Below the pieces are notes generated by a model. The model saw nothing but the letters and a program-made list of their open reading frames with translations. It was not told where the DNA came from and did not search any database. This document shows, in pieces, positions 59,636 to 64,000 of a stretch of DNA of 64,000 bases (position 1 is the stretch's first letter; every line of letters begins with the position of its first letter). A program made the position numbers and the translations under genes. This DNA is from Candidatus Hydrogenedentota bacterium (GTDB taxonomy: Bacteria > Hydrogenedentota > Hydrogenedentia > Hydrogenedentales > SLHB01), in NCBI GenBank assembly GCA_045863335.1, contig BTVY01000002.1:211758-275757 (forward strand). The letters are read 5' to 3'.

Positions 59636-60883
59636 CTACGGTGTCGGTACCGGCGTTCCACTGTTCTGGAATGTCTGGAGTAACTCGCCAAAATTCCGTA
59701 CGTTCTGCAGGATGCCCACGGCGTCGCTCGTGTCGGTACCCTCGACCAGGATTCGGTTGCGCTCCTCGGCGTAGTACGCGTCATAGAACTGGGTGTACAG
59801 CCCGAGTACCTGGGAGATCGGTCCTGTCACGCGGGCCACGAACTCTTCAAGCCGGACCAACCCCTTGCGCGGCACATACACGACATCGCCCGGACGCAGC
59901 GGGATGTCATTGCCCGTCTTCATGATCTCCCGCCAATCGATGACGAGCACCTCCCGGTGCGTTTCATCCAGTTCCCGCATGAGGATCACGTTCTTGAGCT
60001 TCCCGGTGCTTTCCACCGGCCCACCCGCGCGCGTCAGGGTCTGGGTCAAGGTTTGGCCTTCGGCAAGTTGGAACACATTCGGATTGCGCACCTCGCCAAG
60101 CACGTAGACCAGGTTCACCCCTTCGGGAATGTACACGAAGTCGCCCGGCATCACGAGGGTCTCTGAAGGATGGGGCCCGCGATCCGTAAGCGAACTGAGA
60201 TCCAGCTCGATCACTTGGCGCTGTCCCTGCTGATCGCGGATGATGAAGGCCTTGGTCAAGGTTCCAGGCGATGCAGCGACCGCTTGGCTGTCCGTCCGCG
60301 AAGAGGTGCGGAGACCGCCCGCGATGTTGATCGCGGCAAGCACGCTCAAGGGATGCTCGTAGGGATACCGGCTCGCATTCAAAATATCGCCCAGCACGTA
60401 GTAATACTTGCTGGCTGCCGTACGCACGCTCACGCTTACTTGCGGCTCTTTGAAAACGCCGTCGGCGTAGGCCTGCCGAATCTTCTCTTCCAATTCGTCG
60501 CGCGTAAGGCCCGCTACTTCCAGATCCGGTATCAGCGGCAGCGAAAGCGTCCCGTCATACAGCACGACCAGGGATTCGCGAGACAACGACGGATCGTCGA
60601 AGGATTGAAAACTTAGCACGTCCCCCGGACCAACGGTATACTCCGTCGCCGGAAGTTCGGTCGGGAGAAACTCCGGATTCTCTTCAACCTCGACATCGGG
60701 TCTGCTCGGCGCGGGGATGTCAATCGTCGCGCGCTCTTCGACGACGTCCGCGCTCACGCCTGCAATCAGCGTATCCTGCGATTCATCGTTCTTCTTGCCC
60801 CAAGGAAATGCGACTGCGTCCGGAGCGCTCCAAAGAACGGCCAATGCCAACACGACGACCCAGCGCGATGCGAATCCGCTCAT
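59636..60883 (-). CDS. wza: Polysaccharide export protein (OPX/Wza family with SLBB domains)
   Basis: YTVGPGD, DGTLSLPLI, AGLT, PQVSV, VYVLGEV..P, LRPGDVVYVP. Alternative start 60913. Confidence 0.88.
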   Translation of the reverse strand: MSGFASRWVVVLALAVLWSAPDAVAFPWGKKNDESQDTLIAGVSADVVEERATIDIPAPSRPDVEVEENPEFLPTELPATEYTVGPGDVLSFQSFDDPSLSRESLVVLYDGTLSLPLIPDLEVAGLTRDELEEKIRQAYADGVFKEPQVSVSVRTAASKYYYVLGDILNASRYPYEHPLSVLAAINIAGGLRTSSRTDSQAVAASPGTLTKAFIIRDQQGQRQVIELDLSSLTDRGPHPSETLVMPGDFVYIPEGVNLVYVLGEVRNPNVFQLAEGQTLTQTLTRAGGPVESTGKLKNVILMRELDETHREVLVIDWREIMKTGNDIPLRPGDVVYVPRKGLVRLEEFVARVTGPISQVLGLYTQFYDAYYAEERNRILVEGTDTSDAVGILQNVRNFGELLQTFQNSGTPVPTP

Positions 60884-60902
60884 GCTGCGGTTTCCTCCAC
60901 TC

Positions 60903-61979
60903 TTACAATGCATCTTCTTTCCCGATCTGATATGCGTCTATTCGGCGCAGGAGTGAACTGTAACTGATATCCAGCAATTTCGCCGCCTTCCGGCGATTCC
61001 AAAGCGTGTGACGCAATGCCTCTTCGATCAACGCCCGTTCCGTCTCTTCCACTGCCCGTTGGGTCGCAACCTTCAACGGCACAAACTTCTTGCCGTCCAA
61101 AGACTTCGCCTCGACGCGAGACGCCGCGGGCGACGGCGCGGCGATCGCCTCCCTCGGCTCCGTTTGCGTGCCCGGAGCGGGCTTTGCTTCCGGGAACAGC
61201 GCTTCCGGGTTTCCAGTCGCAACGTATTTCTTTACGCACGCGCCGAGTTCCCGAACGTTGCCAATCCAATCCAGTTGGGAGATCTCGTCGATCAGGTCCT
61301 GGGCGATCGGCTCATACGCTCTGCCCAGACGCTCGGAATAATTGTAGTTGAAGTGCTCCAGCAGCAACGGTATGTCTTCCCGTCGCTCTCGAAGCGGCGG
61401 CATACGGACGATGACGTCGCTAAGCCGGAAGTACAAGTCCTCTCGAACGACACCCCGGCGAACTGCATCCTCCAACGCAATGTTGGTGGCCGCAACAATG
61501 CGAACGTCCACGCTTACCGGAGTAATGCCGCCGATTCGCATGACAGGCTCGCCATCAAGTACTTGCAACAACTTGCCTTGCACAGTGTACGATGTCTCCG
61601 CGATCTCGTCAAGAAAGATCGTGCCATGATTGGCAAGCTCGAAACGGCCCGGCTTCGAGGTCCGTGCGCCCGTAAAGGCGCCCCGCTCGTAGCCGAACAG
61701 CTCACTCTCCAGAATGCTCTCCGGGATCGCCGGGCAGTTCACTTTGATGAAAGGCTTGCCGTAACGGGACGAGTTCTTGTGGAGCATCCGCGCCGCGATA
61801 TCTTTTCCGGTTCCACTCTCCCCATTGATCAGGGCTGTGATCTCAGAATTCGCCAGGCGCAGGAGCAGTTCACGCACTTTGACGATGGCCTCGCTCACAC
61901 CGAGCAGGCCCTCATTCAAGGGTGCCCGGATAATCTCATTCGCCGCCTGCGCGTTGTTCACCATTCCCGACACGTCCAC
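60903..61979 (-). CDS. Sigma54-dependent activator (AAA+ plus Fis-HTH) without N-terminal sensor domain
   Basis: GESGTGKD, ESELFG.ERGAFTGA, FLDEI, REDLYFRL, W.GNVREL, WNRRKAAKLL.ISY. The AAA+ domain starts about 25 aa from the start. Confidence 0.92.
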   Translation of the reverse strand: MDVSGMVNNAQAANEIIRAPLNEGLLGVSEAIVKVRELLLRLANSEITALINGESGTGKDIAARMLHKNSSRYGKPFIKVNCPAIPESILESELFGYERGAFTGARTSKPGRFELANHGTIFLDEIAETSYTVQGKLLQVLDGEPVMRIGGITPVSVDVRIVAATNIALEDAVRRGVVREDLYFRLSDVIVRMPPLRERREDIPLLLEHFNYNYSERLGRAYEPIAQDLIDEISQLDWIGNVRELGACVKKYVATGNPEALFPEAKPAPGTQTEPREAIAAPSPAASRVEAKSLDGKKFVPLKVATQRAVEETERALIEEALRHTLWNRRKAAKLLDISYSSLLRRIDAYQIGKEDAL

Positions 61980-62070
61980 TCTACCTCGTCACCGCTGCAA
62001 CCCGACCGGTATGCTGGCCCAATCAAGCCGCCGGCGCTCAATCCCTGGGCACCAACTCTCGCCTGTTGGG

Positions 62071-62086
62071 AGCAAGGCACATGCCA
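62071..62086 (-). promoter_or_regulatory. Sigma54 promoter of the activator/EPS/exosortase operon
   Basis: Minus strand TGGCATGTGCCTTGCT, matching TGGCAY-N5-TTGCW about 90 nt upstream of the activator start. Confidence 0.8.
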
Positions 62087-62436
62087 TGTGATTTCGGATG
62101 CCCTTTCAGTGGCTTTACACACAAAAAAGCGACTCGTTTCAACGACTTGCCTCAGTCAGCCTAACAGAATTACTCGAATTTCGCAAGCATTGACAATTTT
62201 GACAAGAAATTAATTTGCACGCTAATTAGTCAATGTTGACCCATTTTAGGTCAAAGACTGCAAAATTTATGGCCCGCGCGGCCAAAAGGTCGTCCTACGC
62301 GATATCTCTGACTGTCCAAGACGACACGTGGCGATTATCTCCCGTATTCCTTCCCTACGTAAAGCCAATTCACCATGGAAGATGCGCCCGAGCTTCGAGA
62401 AAACGCTCCGCTGGAAGACGGCGTAAACCCTCGGGT

Positions 62437-63759
62437 ATGCTTTCCCCCAAGAGACCTGGGGAAAAATCGAGGCACGGGAGGAACCGGCAGGTGCGCGTCG
62501 CGGTGGTTGGTTTGGGTTACGTGGGCCTGCCGTTGTGCGTCGAGTTCGCGCGGGGAGGGCTCGACGTCGTCGGCATTGACGTCAATGAAGCAAAAGTCGA
62601 GGCCGTCAATCAGGGGCGTTCGTATGTGCTGGATGTATCGGAAGCGTCCATAACCGAACTCGTCACCGCCAAGCGCTTCCAGGCCACCACGGATTTCGAC
62701 GCGCTGGGCTCGGCCGACGCGATCTGCATCTGCGTGCCGACTCCCCTGCGCAAAAGCATGGACCCCGATATTTCGTATATCGTCAACGCGGTCGAGGAGA
62801 TCGCGCCCCGCCTCAAGCGGGGCATGCTGGTTGTGCTGGAAAGCACCACATATCCTGGAACGACCGAGGAGTTGGTTCTTCCCCGGCTCGAACAAACAGG
62901 ACTCTCCGTGGGCGTCGATTTCTACCTCGCCTTCTCGCCGGAGCGAGTGGACCCGGCCAACGCAACCTACACCACCCGCAACACGCCCAAGGTTATCGGC
63001 GGGGTCACGCCGGCCTGCACGGAGAAGGCCACGGAATTGTACCGGCACGCCGTGGATACGGTAGTGCCCGTGAAAAGCGCGCGCGCCGCCGAGATGGTGA
63101 AACTCCTCGAAAACACCTTCCGGGCGATCAACATCGGCATGGTCAACGAACTGGCTATCATGTGCGACCGGCTTGGCGTGGATGTATGGGAAGTGATCGA
63201 CGCGGCAAAGACAAAACCCTTCGGGTTCATGCCCTTCTATCCGGGCCCCGGCCTTGGCGGACACTGCATTCCCATCGATCCGCTCTACTTATCGTGGAAA
63301 CTGAAGACCATCGACTATACGGCGCGGTTCATTGAACTCGCGAGTGCCATCAATTCAAGCATGCCAGAATACGTCGTCAGCCGCATTCATAACGCCCTCG
63401 ATGCCTGCAAGAAAAGCATCAACGGAAGCCGAATCCTGCTGATGGGCGTCGCGTACAAACCCGACGTGAGCGACACCCGCGAATCCCCTGCCCTGGACAT
63501 TCTCGGCCTCCTTCGTCAACGCGGCGCCGAGGTCTTCTATGCCGACCCCTATGTGCCGGAATTGGAAGTGCTGGGCGAGCAGTACATTTCGTATCCGCTG
63601 GACCGCGGCGTTGCGGATTTTGACTGCGTGGTCATCGTCACACACCATCGCCAGTTCGACTACGCCGCCGTACTGCAGCAAGCAAGCCTCGTGTTCGACG
63701 CCCGCAACGCAACAAGCGGCTTCGAGCCAGGACCCAGCTGCAAAATCGTGAAGCTCTAA
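62437..63759 (+). CDS. UDP-N-acetylhexosamine 6-dehydrogenase (WbpA/WecC family)
   Basis: VGLGYVGLP, CVPTP, ESTTYPGTT, FSPERVDP, KLLEN, PGPGLGGHCIP, YKPDV.D.RESP. Start is uncertain (62437 or 62491). Confidence 0.93.
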   Translation: MLSPKRPGEKSRHGRNRQVRVAVVGLGYVGLPLCVEFARGGLDVVGIDVNEAKVEAVNQGRSYVLDVSEASITELVTAKRFQATTDFDALGSADAICICVPTPLRKSMDPDISYIVNAVEEIAPRLKRGMLVVLESTTYPGTTEELVLPRLEQTGLSVGVDFYLAFSPERVDPANATYTTRNTPKVIGGVTPACTEKATELYRHAVDTVVPVKSARAAEMVKLLENTFRAINIGMVNELAIMCDRLGVDVWEVIDAAKTKPFGFMPFYPGPGLGGHCIPIDPLYLSWKLKTIDYTARFIELASAINSSMPEYVVSRIHNALDACKKSINGSRILLMGVAYKPDVSDTRESPALDILGLLRQRGAEVFYADPYVPELEVLGEQYISYPLDRGVADFDCVVIVTHHRQFDYAAVLQQASLVFDARNATSGFEPGPSCKIVKL

Positions 63760-63815
63760 GTACGAATCGACGGGAAAGAGGACCCGACAATGTGGTAGTA
63801 GGAACATCCCCCTTA

Positions 63816-63945
63816 TCCCCCTTCAAAGGGGGAATGAACCCCAACGCTTCGCGTTGCGCGAGCGCTAGGGACGCAGGTATGTGGCTAGCCGTCGCGAAGA
63901 ATGTACCTGAGTCCGTCTATAAGCAACTCCCCCTTTGAAGGGGGA
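63816..63945. repeat. Inverted pair of 18-bp imperfect palindromes
   Basis: TCCCCCTTCAAAGGGGGA (63816-63833) and its exact reverse complement TCCCCCTTTGAAGGGGGA (63928-63945). Confidence 0.75.
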
Positions 63946-64000
63946 CACTCTTGTCCTAAACAGGATTTTGAGTCTTCTCATAGAAATGCCCTCTTGAGAT

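Noticed and set aside
61008-62213. 401-aa plus-strand ORF
   Set aside because: Antisense to the clearly conserved sigma54 activator.

Overview
GC-rich bacterial chromosomal window of about 55 CDSs. I found no rRNA, tRNA, CRISPR array, transposase or integrase. The gene content (DUF1559 prepilin with an H-X9-DG motif, Tat-exported DUF4838, GH29/GH172 hydrolases, exosortase, giant TPR proteins) suggests a diderm of the Hydrogenedentes/PVC type; this is inference only. From left to right: two small beta-sandwich paralogs, glgA, Tat enzymes, a crotonase, a NagD-like HAD, fabI, a fucosidase, glnK-amtB, a two-gene operon of apparently catalytically dead defence-enzyme homologs, GH172, argD-F-G-H, two REC/HD-GYP regulators flanking a Dam + mini PD-(D/E)XK pair, a hybrid kinase, an ECF sigma/anti-sigma followed by a secretin-less T2SS/T4P-like operon, a uppS-wHTH-membrane cassette, and an ~18 kb Wzy-dependent exopolysaccharide/exosortase operon headed by a sensor-less sigma54 activator. 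Best candidates for something new: (1) the operon at 14807-16948, a wHTH/dead-nucleotidyltransferase plus a motif-less Type IIG R-M-like scaffold behind a near-consensus sigma70 promoter; (2) a duplicated ACTTT-N7-AAAGT operator in the uppS cassette; (3) three sigma54 promoters (nagD-like, glnK-amtB, EPS operon); (4) a lipoprotein with tandem GspG-like domains; (5) inverted short-tandem-repeat arrays between convergent genes. All family calls come from motif recognition by eye, not database searches.
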